Source: Raillietiella orientalis (taxonomy: Eukaryota). Taken from it: a stretch of DNA of 64,000 nt. Positions 22,716-36,690 of this stretch are shown piece by piece. Under the pieces are notes generated by a model. It was given only the letters and a program-made list of their open reading frames with translations. It did not search any database and was not told where the DNA came from. Position 1 is the stretch's first letter. The number at the start of each line of letters is the position of its first letter. Location: assembly GCA_036172245.1 (NCBI GenBank), contig JAYWIR010000032.1, positions 1,798,001 to 1,862,000 on the forward strand, in the 5' to 3' direction. A program made the translations under genes and the position numbers.

Positions 22716-25700
22716 ACTCAGGAAAACCGCAACCACACGGGACCGCTGACTCGGGCAGGTCGTCCAGCTTTTCAGTCTTCTGCAGCAAATTTCTGAAAAC
22801 GAAGGGGAAAGACATGAATGGGAGCTGCGGCAACGTGGGGACGTCCCTCAGAGAGAAGGTCCTCAGCTTCCAAGTTCCGCGACACACGCGACACCAGCCC
22901 TCGGACCTGATGGCCAGCGCCGCGCTCCTGCAGCGGAAGCCGAGCCTACTAGCGGCCTCCAGCAGCGTCTTCCAGAGTCCGATTCGTGACTGCTGTGACT
23001 GGACGAGGCGGCGACCTTCGTCCCCGGATCGCGCTACTCCAAGGTCATCCCGGTGCACCCGTGGCGCAGGCGGCGCGTTGACGGAGCTGAGGCGAAGCTG
23101 CCTCCGGTGAAGGTGCTGCGTACAGGAAGACGTAGGATCGCCTCTGCACTCTGGTACTGAGGCAGGAGAGTGGGAGCGATAATTTCTAGTGGGTCCAGTT
23201 CCTTTACGCTTCGGGGTTGGTCTCCAGCAAGAGCCGTATCGGCATGCAAGTCATCGACCTCTTGCCGATCCTCTTTGAGCTTCGAGACACTAGGAAAGCC
23301 TACGCGCACGCCCGCTATCACCTGTTCCAGGTGGCACCTGCCTCGAACAGCTATCTCCCGACCGCCGGGAGCTCTTCCAGCACCTTAGAGCACTATGGGA
23401 GGATGCGGTTCGGTACCCCCGACCGGGACAGCGACACCAGCTGGACCTACTCCTCGCAGCACTACATGGGGCGGCTGGAGACACGGGCGCTGCCAGCACC
23501 CGAACTTCAGCGGACGCCACAGGGTTGCACTGACCTGACGGACTCGCACAAGGGGATACAGCTGAAGAAGAAGGTGGGAGTGAAGATCGGCTTCGCCGCT
23601 TTCGGGCAGGACTCGTTTCCATGCGGACGGGGAGCCGTGATCCACAGGAGGGGATGCAGAAATCTTTCCCCTGCTTCCCATGTCCTCTTCCTGCTCTGCC
23701 GAGCGACCAGCTGCGGTGACCGGAAGATGCAGCGCAAGAATGAAAAAGAGAACGGCCAAAAGAGAAAAAAAGGGGGGCCGTCTTGGTAGTTGGCACGCGC
23801 ATTCGTGACGGAAACAGTCAAAGAGTGGTATGCCCTTGTAGGTCTTTTTGCCGAAACGCAGCCAATAACTGAGCTGGGTGGAGGCTGCCAAGTCTCTAGT
23901 CGACTGGCAGGATCCGCACGGATCCACTCGGCGAGGACGCGCGTCAGAGGCCGACTTCACATGCGAAAGGACTCGCAACTTGGCCGTCCCAGCTTTATCG
24001 GCAATGACGTCACGCTGCGTCACGCAATGCCCACAGATCTGTCGTTGCTCCACTTTGGGACTACGAGGGCAGAGCGGAAAGGTGGGTACGGTCCATCACT
24101 GGTGTTGCTCAGCATGATTTCTATGGAGTTGCGCCATCAAACAGAGTCTGGAGGATCACTACCGTACGTGGTCATGTATCTTGAAGAGCGATACTGCGGT
24201 CGTGGTCATCCTGGCCGGCGCTCCAAACTGAGTCCCCATCTCTCGGCTACACTAAAAGTCAGCGCAGAGCATCTGCTTAGGAGATCTTGAGTTCTCTGAA
24301 CATCTGGCACTTCGACGAAAGTCAGGAGACGGCAGTGATCGCGAACTCTCAAAGACCCTACAACCAATGCTGGCATTGGAGCCGGTACTCCCCTGGCGGC
24401 GAAAGGAAAGGCAGCCACGGGTATTTGCTTCGGAGTGCTTCTCCCTATCATTGTTGAATTCTCATCTCAGGGGTTGTGATCGACTCTTGTTTCGAATCTG
24501 ACTGGTCATCAAGAGCCGAAGACACCTTAGATTCCCAAACGCGATTCCCAGGAGCATTGCTTGGATCCTCTTATGCCCAGAAATCACCGAATTCTGCTTG
24601 TCATTTCTCCTGATTCGCAGCATCTCATTTTCCATCAACTCGCTTTCTCCATTGCATCCCCATAGTCCCACTGCCTTCCCCATTCAGCCCAAGAGACTTT
24701 CGATGGCCGCAAAAAGACCCAGTTCCAGCCTCGAACGGTTCGTTCGAGAGCTTCGAGCGAACCGTCTTCGCCTCTGCCGCCTCATCTGCGTGTCCCGATT
24801 GCGTTCTTCAAGGCACGTGGCTGAGTCTGCCGTCTCCATCAAGCAACCGTCTGGCCCGCCGAGGAACGCTGGCCAAGTGCTTCGCTCAGGAAGATCCGAG
24901 ATGCGGACAGCTTTCAGAGCAACTGTGCAGACTCCAGAGACGAGGTTGCTTTTTCTCTTCCTCCCTCTCAACAGGAAACGAACGTTTTTTGGCGCTCTTC
25001 AGCAGGCTGGGAGGTACGAGAGCGTTAGCTAGCTCGTAGCCAAGGAAACAGCTATCCCTTGATTCTCGCTATTCACTCGTCCGCGACGGACTTTCCCGGC
25101 AGTCTGTCTCTCAAAAAGACGCGCTGTGCCGCTGCTGAGGAGCTACTCTGGAGCGTTCTTCAGCGTTCCACAGTCCGATGCACCGACAGACGTGGAGAAG
25201 CAGAATTTTCGGATCGCTCTTCGGTTGAGATGACTTTAACGAAAGAGCCGAAGGAAGAAGGAACGGAGCTCTGGCAATCTGGAAAAGAATCGAAGGAGGA
25301 AGGCACGCGGCTAACGAGCTTGCAGTCGAGGAAGATCTTCCTTTGTTGAGACCTACGTCCGTTTCTTTTGCGAGCTGAACTCCCCCATGAGGATTCGCAT
25401 CCGATGGTGTGAGGACCGCATGCCGAAGACAAAAAAAAAAAGGCAAGAAAAAAGCCGATTTTCTTCGTCTATTAGGAAGACGAATTGAATTGGATGCAGA
25501 CTTGACCTGGAGTGCACTTCTCACTTGTGCTTCCGAAGGAAGGTCTAGAACGAATTTTTCAAAAAAGGGAGGCGTCGATGGAGATGCAACTGAAGACGAA
25601 GGGGGAAAGGAAGCAGGCGAGATGGCAGTCCCTGGATCTCACGTCGGCTTCTACCGATCCTGCGTCGCCACCCGGCAAATCATAAAACCGGCTGACTGCA

Positions 25701-27033
25701 CTATCCGGGCAGATATACCGCCACGAGATAAGCCCTTCTCGCGGAGGTCCATTCTACGCACGCGTTCCGCGCCGTCTCCTCAGTAACCGCGGATACACCA
25801 ACTCGGTGGTCGCGGATGGTGTCTTCGGCTCGCTGGTGAATGAAAAGCTCGCTGCAGAGCGAGCAAAACATCGCCTGGTTCATGTTAATCACTAATAGCT
25901 ATTAATGATGGCAGTGATGACGACACTGGCTGATGATGGTATCTGCAATGGGAGACTCTGCCTCTGAGAACCCGACTGCGGGCATGTGATGCATGCAGGA
26001 AATCGTTCTTTGGTTGGCTAATGTTCCAGCAACCTCGGAGAGGTTTCGAGCTGGCTCATTTCCTTCTGGAATCTCTGCAGCTACCAGAATCTCGGCTCGT
26101 GTTCAGGGGTGCTCGGGTGTTCGGCTCGAAAGCAGCGGCCTCTGGTTTCCTTCCCGCGCCCGAAATTCGGGACGCGAATCGAGAATCTTCCGAATTTTCG
26201 GTTGGGCGGAGTGATGGAGGAGGCTGTGGATCCAGTGCGTGCATCGGTCGTTCCCGACGCTTGATGAATGCCATCCACGCCACGCCAGGGAACGTTTTCT
26301 CATCCTTTCCGCGTTCATCTTTGGAATCCGGGAATTTTTTGATCGCTCCATCGCTCCTGGCTCCCCTTTCTCGCATCCGAGTCCGCGCCACGGGCAAGCG
26401 CAAAGTTTCATCCCCTCTCCCTTCCCCCAGAACTGCATGTTCTCGCGTTCCTTCTGACTGAACTCAGCGAAAGGCTCGGGAAGCTGGAGATCGGCAGAGC
26501 CCAGTTTCGCAGACTCAGCGCCATTCCCGCCCGGATGCCTTCGATAAGAAGTTCCGAAGTCTCAAGAAGAGTGAGCGTTCTTGCAGACAGGACAAAGAGA
26601 AGGAGTGCTGCCAGTCCCATCTCTCCTTTTTCCCGTTTAGCCCTTTGGTAGGATCTGTGGCAAGAAACGCAAGCACACAAGCGAGGAAAGACCCATGAAC
26701 CCTTGGAGAAGTCCTCAGAGAAGAGAGGTAGCGCATTTTTTTCCCCTCAACAGTGGCTCCAGAGGCGACGCTATCTCGGCACCGAAAACGACGGAGCATT
26801 TGCTTCCTCTCTCCTCTTTCCTTCTATCCTCCAGAACCAAAGAAAAACCAACTCAAGGACGAGACAAGGGTTGTTTTTTTCCTCTTTTTTCCTTGTCTGT
26901 AGAAAATTCCAAAAAAAGCGAGGCAGAACTCTGGAGCGAACCCTTGAGAGCAGCGTCTGTCCTTTGAGAAACCCTCGTATTTCAGATACCGTTCCGAAAT
27001 GGAGAAGATTGTCTCGGAAGATTGTCAACGTAC

Positions 27034-27162
27034 CTTCGAGGAAGTAGCCACGTACACAAAGGTCTTGTTGGAATCGATGTGGATGTCGGGGAGCACGCCG
27101 TTGCCCGAGTCCACCTCCAGCTCCTCGTACTCTTTCGCTTTGGATCCAGAGACCAGCAGGAT
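27034..27162 (-). CDS. PlexB: Plexin-B coding exon 3 (end of Sema, 43 codons)
   Basis: ILLVSGSKAKEYEELEVDSGNGVLPDIHIDSNKTFVYVATSSK; acceptor tcttcacag|, donor AAG|GTACGT; 129 nt. Confidence 0.9.
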
Positions 27163-28299
27163 CTGTGAAGAGACCAAGGATGCAGATGGTTGTTGGAATC
27201 GTGGCTGAGAGAGGGAAGGGAGGCAAGCGCGTGCGGACGCAAACCAGCCTTCTTCAGGCTCTGGTGGGGTTGGTGGGGGAGGAGAGAGCTGACGCGGGAA
27301 GGACTTCGGCACACGACCGATCAGAGGTAGCCGGGAAACGCGAGGCAGGCCAGGGGCAATGCGATGATCTCAAAACCATGCGACCGCGCCTGGCTTCTTA
27401 GATCTTGCGTGCCTAGTTCTCCACCCCAAGGCGAGTTTCCTGACGTTCATCAGGGGGCGTCGCCAGGGCGCTGCCCAAGAAGAATGACGGGCATGCCCTC
27501 GCGTGCCCGGCTTCGTCCCTATGCGATGCGGAAGAAAGAAAGATTCTGGGAGGAAGGCATTCCGGGAGGCAGGATACTCTGTGGGATGCTGGGCAACAGA
27601 GGAGCGAGTTTGATTCCGAGGAAGACCATTTGCCCATTTGACTTCTTCCGAGGAGAGAGAGAAAAGCGCACTGTCGCAGTTTCCAGGGCCCCTCGAGAAT
27701 CACGCGGAAGCTTCGGAGCGTTCCGAGAGACTGGAAGCAGCAAGTCCACCACCACGAAAGGTCGATTGAATCTCTGGAGTCTGGTTCTCTTGTATCATTC
27801 GGATCTTTCATTTGCCGAAAAACTTTTCTGCGGATTGCGTGAAGCCCAGAAAGGACCAATGAGCTCCACTTCGCCACCAACTGCTTGCTGCACCTCCACT
27901 GAGAAAGACCTCTTGAGAATGACGTGCAAAAGAATGCAGCTCACGTCACTCGAGAGATCGTACGAGTGACGTCATGTGGGTGCGCATCGAGGAAAGCTCC
28001 GAACTACCTCAAGTCCTCAACTCTTTCTATCCTCATGGTGTAACCGGAGTAACCGGAAGGTAACCCTCATAGCAACAGCATCCCTGACGGCAATCTGTGC
28101 ATTTTCTCCTTACAATCATCACCACTTCCCTCCTCCCTGCAACAACTGGGAGTCATAACATCCACACACTGTGATCTCCCTTTCCTTAGCGAGGAAAGCA
28201 AGCTGCGAGCTCATTTTGATTCCTTGCTCTTGCCCCCTCAAATCAGGGAAATCAATCCGGGGTCTCTCCTTTTGTTTTTGGGGGTTCGCCAAGTGCTGA

Positions 28300-28965
28300 A
28301 GAATCATCTTCCTCCTCAGGAAGGACTCAGAAAGCCACATAAGGCTGTCAAATAAAGCTGAGAGACTCTGTCCACGCCCCCAGTCCATCTACAAGTTAAG
28401 AGGGGATCCATAGAGCATCACCCTACGAGCTGAGGAAGGTTCCAGAGGAAGGAAGGATCGATAGGAAATCCTCAAGGGAACGCTCTCCCTGGTTGTCTCT
28501 GAAGGGAGTCCCAAAGGAAAGGTCTTTTCCATTCTCTCCGGAAACACCGGTCCCCAGAATTTCTTCTCCGGAGGGAACACGCAAGGGATCCGCTCCTTGT
28601 TTTCCTCCTCTGAAGAAAACCCCGAAGGGACGCCTCCAAAGTTCCCTCTGAAAGGCTCTCTCCCCGAATGGCGCAGCGCTCTTTGGAAACTCTGAGAGCA
28701 TCAGCCAGCTCCATGGCACGCGATGAGGAATTCAGAAGGGAACCAATTCCTAGAAGCATCCTGGATGGTCCACTTCCCATCTCAGCCGGTCAACGGCGGA
28801 GTGGCCGGTTTTCATCAGTGCTGCATCCGAAGTCTATAGGCCGGAGTCATTCTGCGGCAGGGAATCGGCACCGACAACGCATTCCCCATTTCTCGGCGTT
28901 GATCCTTCACACATGGGGATTCGAACCCGTAACTCTCTGCACCACGCGCGGAGACCGTAGGCTAG
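28300..28965 (-). mobile_element. SINE-like family A, copy 3 (best-preserved head)
   Basis: Minus strand tagcctacgg (A-box-like) then gggttcgaatcc (B box, 28917-28928), followed by the shared body blocks. Confidence 0.7.
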
Positions 28966-31900
28966 CGCCGAGATGAAAGAAGAGAGCCAACTGTGGTGAT
29001 CCGACAGTGGCGGGAATAAGAGCCTTCCATCGGGAGGAAGACATGCACCCCCAAGAGATTCCTTTCATCTCCGAATAGAAACTTCAGGGAAGGGTTGCGT
29101 CAAGGACGGCAAAAGTCCCAGAAACGAAACGAAGAGAATGACCAACAGATCTTGAGAGCCACCCTGAAAAGCCCTTGGACCAACCTCTTTCCATATTCAT
29201 CTCGATTTTACTTCCGGAGCACGAGATCCCGATTTACGGGAGTTCCTGATGGAGGCATCCATTCCCGGAAGCTAATCAACCGGAAGAGCGAATCAAAACT
29301 TAATCCGAGGTATTTTCGCCGCATCATTTGATTGTTTTTCCTGGTTCATTAGAGCAAGCTGAACCCAGATGCAGAGTGGAGGGAACGAATTTTCCCGACG
29401 GCATCGGCCTTGGCAGTTCTAAACGACGGGAAGCAGCGAAACCAATTAGCTGAATCATGTGCAACATTGAATCCTTGGAAACGAAAGCGCTCGGCTCCAC
29501 ATGATCTGAACGCTGCATCCGGAAAGATCGAACAGACACAACCCCACAATGGAAAACGAGCTGGCGATGATGCTCAGGTACCGTCAGGCGACGTCGCCTG
29601 CTTTGCCGGTATCCGGCTGAAGAATGCTGCAGCAACTCAGCCGGTTTCCGTGGAAACCTGTGTCGAATGGTTCCGGCACGCAGGACCCAAGTGTCCACTT
29701 TTCGCGCGTCTTCCTCCCTTGAGTTTCCCTCGGAGCATCCGGCCATCACGCCGGTTGCGGGGGGAGCTGCGTGCCAGAGAAAAGGCGCACTCCTTTGCAC
29801 GACCAGCTGCTCTCAGGGAATGAAGAAGGGCAGGCTGTGAATACGTCTGGGTGTGTGCCGGCATCCCTTCGGCGCCAGGGACAAGCCGAAGCAGGCAGAA
29901 ACGACGTCGCCTGCTAAACCCGTGAGGTGCTTCTAGAACTTTCTTCCAGAGTGAATCTGGAAAGAACGCTTAGCGTGCCGAGTAGAAAAAACTGATTTCG
30001 TTTTGGTTCTCTTTCTCTTTCTCTATCTGTCTCTGTCTCTTCCTGTGTCTGTCCGTGTCTCTCTTGTCTTTCTCCTTCTTGACGGTCTCGAAAACTGTTC
30101 GGAAATTCATCCGTGGGATCCTCTGCGAGATGATACGGGTCCTCGCAGCATCCTTCGCGCAAAGACATGCGGAGGAAATCTTTTCCCCCGGCACACGCTG
30201 CTTCGTTCGACGGTTTTGTTCTCTCGCGCCTTCCCCGTCTCGATCGGAAACCACGGGATCGCTGCTGGCTGCAGCGGCGGAAAGGGTGCAGATCCACTGC
30301 ACCACGGGATGTTCGAGCGACGTCTCGCCCGAGAGCCCGGAATTTCAATCGAGCCCCTGGGTAGCAATTAGCGAAGTGGGCGCAATCATCGGGAAGTGTT
30401 TCAAAATGTCGAAAGCGATTCGGGGAAGAATTCCAAATTGAAGCTTAGTGTTGGCGTCGGGAGCAGCGGAGCGCCCGCACGTGTACTCCGGAAGGATTGC
30501 GCGCCGGCGGAGCAGCTGCAGTGCTTCAAAAGGAACCGTTCCCGAATCCGGGAAAAACCCTCCCGTGTTTTGCGAATAATCCTGCTAGAGTCCGGGAACG
30601 GACCCTGGATTTTCCCGCCACCTGAATATGCTGATGGAATTTTCTCGTGTGCAGAAGAAGGGAGTTTATCTGGTTTAAAAACCTCCTTCCTCCCACCCAA
30701 AAACCCGAATAAGACCGGAATTTGTTTGCAGCGAAGAGCTTGGATATCGACAGCGCGCGTGTCTATTCTGCAAGCGGCGTATTCCGCACCTCGGTTTTGA
30801 TGGCGAGGGGGCGGCTGGAAAGGCATGGCTGTTCCAGTAAGGAGTCTTATTATTGGATCTCCAGCTTTCGATCCAGAGGATCTCAGAGTTGTGGTCGGCA
30901 GCCAATCTAGCCGAATGTGCGAAACCCATGAGCCCAGTGGACGGCTACAGATGTTCGCGATGGCGCTGCCGACGAGAAATCGCTCCCCAGTTGCCGTAGG
31001 AAGGGGGAGAAAGATCAGTCGTGGGCGCACCCAAGTAGAGACCCCCTCGTCTGGACATGTTCCTAGCAGGGCGTTAGGGGAATTCGGATGGGCACAGGTA
31101 GCGGGACAGAAGAAGAGACCGTTATTTCCCGCCAAAATTGACACCTATAACTTGTGTCGGATCAGGGTCGTTGCTACCTCCCAGCGTCGCGTCGCTGGAG
31201 GACGACATGTTCCGGCGAGCGGGAGTGGGACACCGATGGGGTGAGGGCAGGAAAATGGAACGCAGCACTCCGGGAGGACCCGCCGCCGGAGCAAGTCGTG
31301 GCACCGACAGGAAACATTACATAATCCGTTATGGTTTTTTAAATGTTTTCTTTTTTGGTAGGATAACACTACTACATTTTTGCATAGAAAGCCTCTATTG
31401 GAGTGAGAATTGCACCCTGCCGACCACCTTCGGAGAATGCACTGGAAGCTCTACACATAATTGCGGTGACATCAGCGCGGGAGCTTCGATTCATATTGGC
31501 CTCAAGAGAGTGACGTAAAGGGCCGAAGTCGGCAAGCTGACTCTCTTCGTAAGTCTTGTTGATAACGGGAAGTGCTCCAGGCGAATGCGGCTCATTGGAC
31601 CCACTGCTGCCCTGGTAGATAGCCGACTCTGATATCCGTGGTTACGACAAAGGAAATTTGTCATCCTGTGATAACTGTCAAGGGATGCAGCAGGTGGCAG
31701 AATGCGCTGTTCGACTGCTACTCGTAATGAAGTCATTTGGATGCCCATGGTCTCTTTCGCTGCTTAGATAGCTTAGAAAAAGAAAAAAAAAACATTGGCT
31801 GGATTTGCGAAGAGCTCGGATGAAAAGAGTCAACGAAACGCAGCTTCCGTGGGTCACATTGAGCGCAAAGCCAACTTATTTTAAGCTTTCGTTTGCGATC

Positions 31901-33754
31901 AAGAGCGGCGGAAGAGGGGGGGAGGGACTCTCATTTCATCCTAATCTTCGAAGAAAGGCTTGCGTACGTCGCAGGCCGGAAATGTCTCTTCCTTTTTCTC
32001 TTGTGTTTCGCGCCTCAGGATAGCAGGCATTCTTCACGCTTTTCTGGTCCGTTTCGCCAAAGTACCCCTTCGGGACTTGGAAACTGCGGCGTTGCATCAA
32101 CAGAGTTTTCTCCTACAAAACTCCCTCCCAAAGCGCTTCTTAGGTAAACAGGAAGGAGAACAGGAAACGGGTTTCGATTCCCGGAGGGTGTGTGCAGGGG
32201 AGCTGGGAAGGTTCGGGACACCATTTCCTCCTGGAGCATCGGACGTCGGCATGGCAGTATCCAGGGAGGTGGAAGGATGCAGAAGAAAGTTTCCTACTGA
32301 GATCTTTGCTGGTGGCCAATAAATGAAGCGTGGAGAAGAAGCAGGCGCCTTGAACGGCTACGGTGGATTCCTTGGGTGCTACCGGACTGGCTACCGCCGG
32401 CTGCACCCGGAGACTGAGCGTCAGGTGGCGACGGCGGTGGAGCGCGCGGCGAGGGGAAAGCGGAAGAGACGCCCAAGCGAGTCGCCGAACCTCGACGTGA
32501 GACGAAACTGCCGTGCTTGGAGGCAGTGCTTTCGTGCTCCCTTTCCTCAGATCTCAGCGCCCCCTTCCTTCCTCATCAACTCCGAACAAATCGACTCCTC
32601 AAATTTCTCCCGGTAATGTGAAGTCATCTAGCAAGTCGTCGTTTCTCCCCCGTAAGTGTGCCTCTTTAAAGTTGGCATCATGGAATGCCGGTGTACAGGA
32701 AACGAAACAAAAGTAACTTCGTTACGATTGTTAAGGAAGAACAGAGACCATGAGCGTAATTATGGATTTGAGTAAAGGCGCAACATCAAAGATTATCATT
32801 TACTACGGCGTCGCAACAGCCCTCTCAGGAAATATCAAAGCCATCTGGGAGAAAGAGAGAGGAAAATCCCTATTATGAAATTAGACTTTCAATAGATCAA
32901 AAGGACTCTTCGCCTTCCTGTACATCCCAGCATTCGTAAATCGAGTCTTTCGGAATGTTTCCTTGTGGCGTCATATAGTACTCGCCAATCTCGGTTTTCC
33001 ATGATGAACCACTAAGTCTGGCCACGGGAAGCTCGCCGAAAAGCAGTCCGCCGACAGGAACTCCCGCAATTTGTTTCGATGGTAGCTTTCCTTGTAAGCG
33101 ACAAAGCAAAGTCAGGTGCAAGTAGGAAACGGCTGCTAATGGCCGATGGCTCCTCTCCGGCGCAGAAGATCTGCAGTAGTTCGAATAAAAGGGGACGAAA
33201 AGGGGAGGAGGGAGGAAAAGACGCTGGGGGAAGAGACAGGCTCCTGCACGGTTTTCTGCCTCTTCGAGTCTCACCGAGGAATGCAGCTCTCCTGCCGGAA
33301 TCCCAGAAGACCAAGAATCGGTTCGCCACGGTCGAATCTGCGTCCATTTCTCATGTTCAGACAATTTCTTGGGGCCTTCCGCTATCTCGTTTACTGTTCC
33401 GATCGACGGTTTACGGGTAAGCCATGTTCACTTTAGACTTTCCGACTCAACGCCGCTTCGGATTTCTCTCGTCTGTTTCCCGCCACTCTTTCCTCAGGCT
33501 GTTTTATTCATGCTTATCCAAATTCAGGAGTTTAAGTGGCCGGTTTCAGTTTGTGGCTGAGCGAAATTCGAAACTAGGAGTCAAGTCACGATGCGAATGG
33601 CTGGCTGGAGCACCACATGGCACCATTGCTAGAAAGAGGTTGTCAACGAGATGCTCGAAACGTTCGACAAAGACTTTCGTTCAAAAAAGAACAAGCTTCG
33701 ATTCGTCGGTAAAAAGAACCAAGAGCACTAAGAGATGGAGCGGCTCCCGTTCTG

Positions 33755-33898
33755 CATTGTTGCCCGTTCTTGTGCTGGTGTCGCATTGTTGCCCGTTCTT
33801 GTGCCGGTGTCACATTGTTGCCCGTTCTTGTGCTGGTGTCGCATTGTTGCCCGTTCTTGTGCCGGTGTCTCATTGTTGCCCGTTCTTATGTCAGTGTC
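33755..33898. repeat. 29-bp minisatellite, 5 copies
   Basis: Unit cattgttgcccgttcttgtgc(t/c)ggtgtc(n) starts at 33755, 33784, 33813, 33842 and 33871. Confidence 0.95.
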
Positions 33899-35549
33899 AT
33901 AAGACGATTGTGCGCCCCAAAATGAAAAAAGATAAAATAAATGCAAAGGATGGAAATTTTTCGGATGGAAATTTTCAGTTGAACACAACGTGTGTTCTCT
34001 TGAAAAGCAAGCACTTTCACGAACAATGTACGGCTTCTGGCATTTCCGTTCCATTATAAGATGAAGACGTCGGCGCACGAGCTTCACGCTCATTTGCTCG
34101 TTTCCGACCTCATTTGAAATCACAGAGGTGGCTCTGAGGAGTCGACAGTCTCATGTTCCTCCCTGCGTGGATCACCAGGAGGGTAAACTAAGGTCTACCC
34201 CGGGTGGCAGCGAAGGAAACAAACAATTGACTCAAGAAGGAAGGATCGCTCCCAAGAGGGAATCGGTTGCGGTCATTTCGCTTTTCGTGACCGTGCTGCA
34301 GGCCACGAGCGCAAACGGTGCCAAGGACGACCCAGGCTCACCATCGGAGCATGCCAAGGACTAGTGACAGTGGGAACCTTCCCACTAACTGCGAATGTGG
34401 AATTACAAGCTCAAGCTGCAAGGGTGGGCGACCCACAATTCTCCCGCACTGCTGCAGGACCAAGGATCGCACCAGATGCGAGTCCACCACCGGGCTCTGG
34501 ACGCACGCACAGATAGCGCGCATCACCGCTGGCGAAGCGATGGGATCTGCACGGGCAAGGTTCGGACATCCGACCTTGAACCCGCCAGACATCGGGACCG
34601 TCCCATGGAGGCCTGAACTGCTGCCAGGGATCCAAGACCGCCTCCTGATGCTTCGTTACGGAAGGATGCTGTGCGGCACGAGTCTCCAGCACTGGACAGG
34701 CAACCCGAATCGCGCCGTCTTCCCGGGGCACGGAAGGTCGACTCCACGTGTTCAGGGAGAGGGTTTCCCTTATAATGCAGAGGATGTGCGTTATAAGGTA
34801 CCATACGACGATATACGACCCCTGTATAGGAGCGAAAATACGGTAATGTCATAAGAATATAAGCAGACGTCATCACACGCGCTCCCGGAGGAGATGACTT
34901 AGCAGTTGGCGCTCACGCTCGAAGGACTCACTCGAAACCTGCATAACTCCCTCCCTGGACCGGAAAGTAGTCAAACGAGAGGTGGGATCGCTACCCGAAG
35001 CCGGAATCGGCCTCCTCTGCGGACTCTTTTGAGGAGAAGGCGTCGTTCCCTTGCATCGTGGCCTGGCCTTCTTCACGATGGACTTAAGGCAGGAGTGAAG
35101 AAGCTTCCAGGGGTGTGCAGGCCAGCGCACGCGAGACAAGAACGGTTCTCCTCAAATGAGAGGTGGGCATAAAGAGGCTGCGGCAGAGCGCCGGCCTGGA
35201 TCATCTCCCACCTCTGAAGGGGATTCAGGAAAGGCTGGCTGGTTCTCGGCACAGTCGGACTACAAAGGCGCAGTGGCACGCGGTGAATGGAAGATCCACC
35301 TTTCCCCTTCCCTTCCCCTCCCAACCCGTGCTCCACTTCAGCTTCTCTCCCCTCACTTGCACATAAAAACAGAATCTGACTCCGAAGGATATGACTCGAG
35401 CGGTTTCGAGTCAGGGACGAACTCTATGGCTACAGTTTTGTACCCCAAACGTAGGATTTTGAAAGCAAAATAAATCCACCTTACTGACAATTGGACTCAG
35501 GAATTCCCATTCGAATTACTTCAGCTCTATCGGATATAAAGTCGCCTTC

Positions 35550-36690
35550 CTACTTTTAAATAGGGATGTATTTGTGTACACCGTTGTGCACCGATTTCAA
35601 GTCTTGCAAGACTCAACTCTGCATTTGAATTCTTGATTGCACCGACCCTTCCCGCTGAATAAATAGCGGCAATTCCAAGTGAGAAGCTGAGTTCATGGGA
35701 CCCGACTGCATGGATCCTTTTGCGATGTTTCTGCAGTCTTGAGCATTCTTGTAGAATCTGCATCCAAGTGTGTTTAAGAACGAGCATCTGTTCACGGATT
35801 AGTGCGCTCATAATACGGAACGGAATCCGTTCGAGCTTACGGAATACTTTGTTCCAGGCTTTGGGATCTTGGGCCAAGTCAAAGCAGAGGCGTGATTTCG
35901 TGTCTGGAGCTCGACACATCCATAGAGACACACCAGATTTCGTTCTTGAAGAGGGAATCGTTCCTTGTGGGAAGCATGTTTGCGCTCTGTTGTACTTGCA
36001 AAAGTCACCTGCTCCTTGTCGAAATTCATTCAGCCGTCAGTTAAGCATCCTGGATATTCTGGAGGGGACCGCGAAAGTTCTGATAGGTGAGGAAAAAAAA
36101 AATGTTTCGAGGGAAGGTGCGGTATCCAAGGGAGGGCGGTTGAAGCTGCTCATCATGACTCTTCTGTATGCTGCAATAGAAGCCAGGAAAAAGTCGATGC
36201 TCTCTGATACTCGAATATGACCTAAAATTTACAGGTATCTCCACAGCTATGCGTAGTCTCTCCTCAAGGAAGGATTCCTAAACACAAGCTGCAGCCAATA
36301 CCAAGAAGCTCTTGGAAGGAATGGAATCTCAGCACGACGTTTGCAGAACAGCTCCAAAGATACCAGTCGTAAACTACAAAAAGCTGAAGATTCCCAACGC
36401 TTGCTATGCGATTGATTAGGCACCGACAACCTCGCTCCATGGTCTTTTGCCACTGGAACTAGCCTTCCATGTTTCAGCAGGAGGTGAGGAAAAAAAATCC
36501 TTAGATAACTGATCTGAGAAGAATGTGTCGGCTGAGAAATGTCGCACCTTCGAGTATGTGCAAGTTACGACGATGACAAACCAGACCTCTCCTTGCGTCC
36601 AGAAAACACGGGAACAAACGGACAAAACATTCGATCCTGAACGTATTCCCCCATGCTTAGGAACCCACGCGCCAGAAGGCACGATCACAC
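35550..36690 (-). mobile_element. Degenerate non-LTR reverse transcriptase fragment (CR1/L2/Jockey-like)
   Basis: Collinear decayed motifs WVPKHG, ELLGIG/ESFLEERLRIAV (SFLxxRxQxV-like), EYPGCLTDG*MNFDKE (KYLGxxLDxxLxF-like), LY and KLERI, interrupted by stops and frameshifts. Confidence 0.5.

Noticed and set aside
23230..23370. HflX-like resemblance (G..VID...QV..A...YLP)
   Set aside because: Motif spacing differs and no GTPase G1-G4 motifs are visible; too weak to call.
28900..28970. tRNA gene
   Set aside because: B box is present but I cannot build a cloverleaf, and it is attached to a dispersed repeat body; treated as a SINE head.
34370..34700. Possible Pif1/Helitron helicase remnant (LTAN...GDPQFS/ALLQ)
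   Set aside because: Only one vague motif, needing a frameshift; no Walker motifs found.
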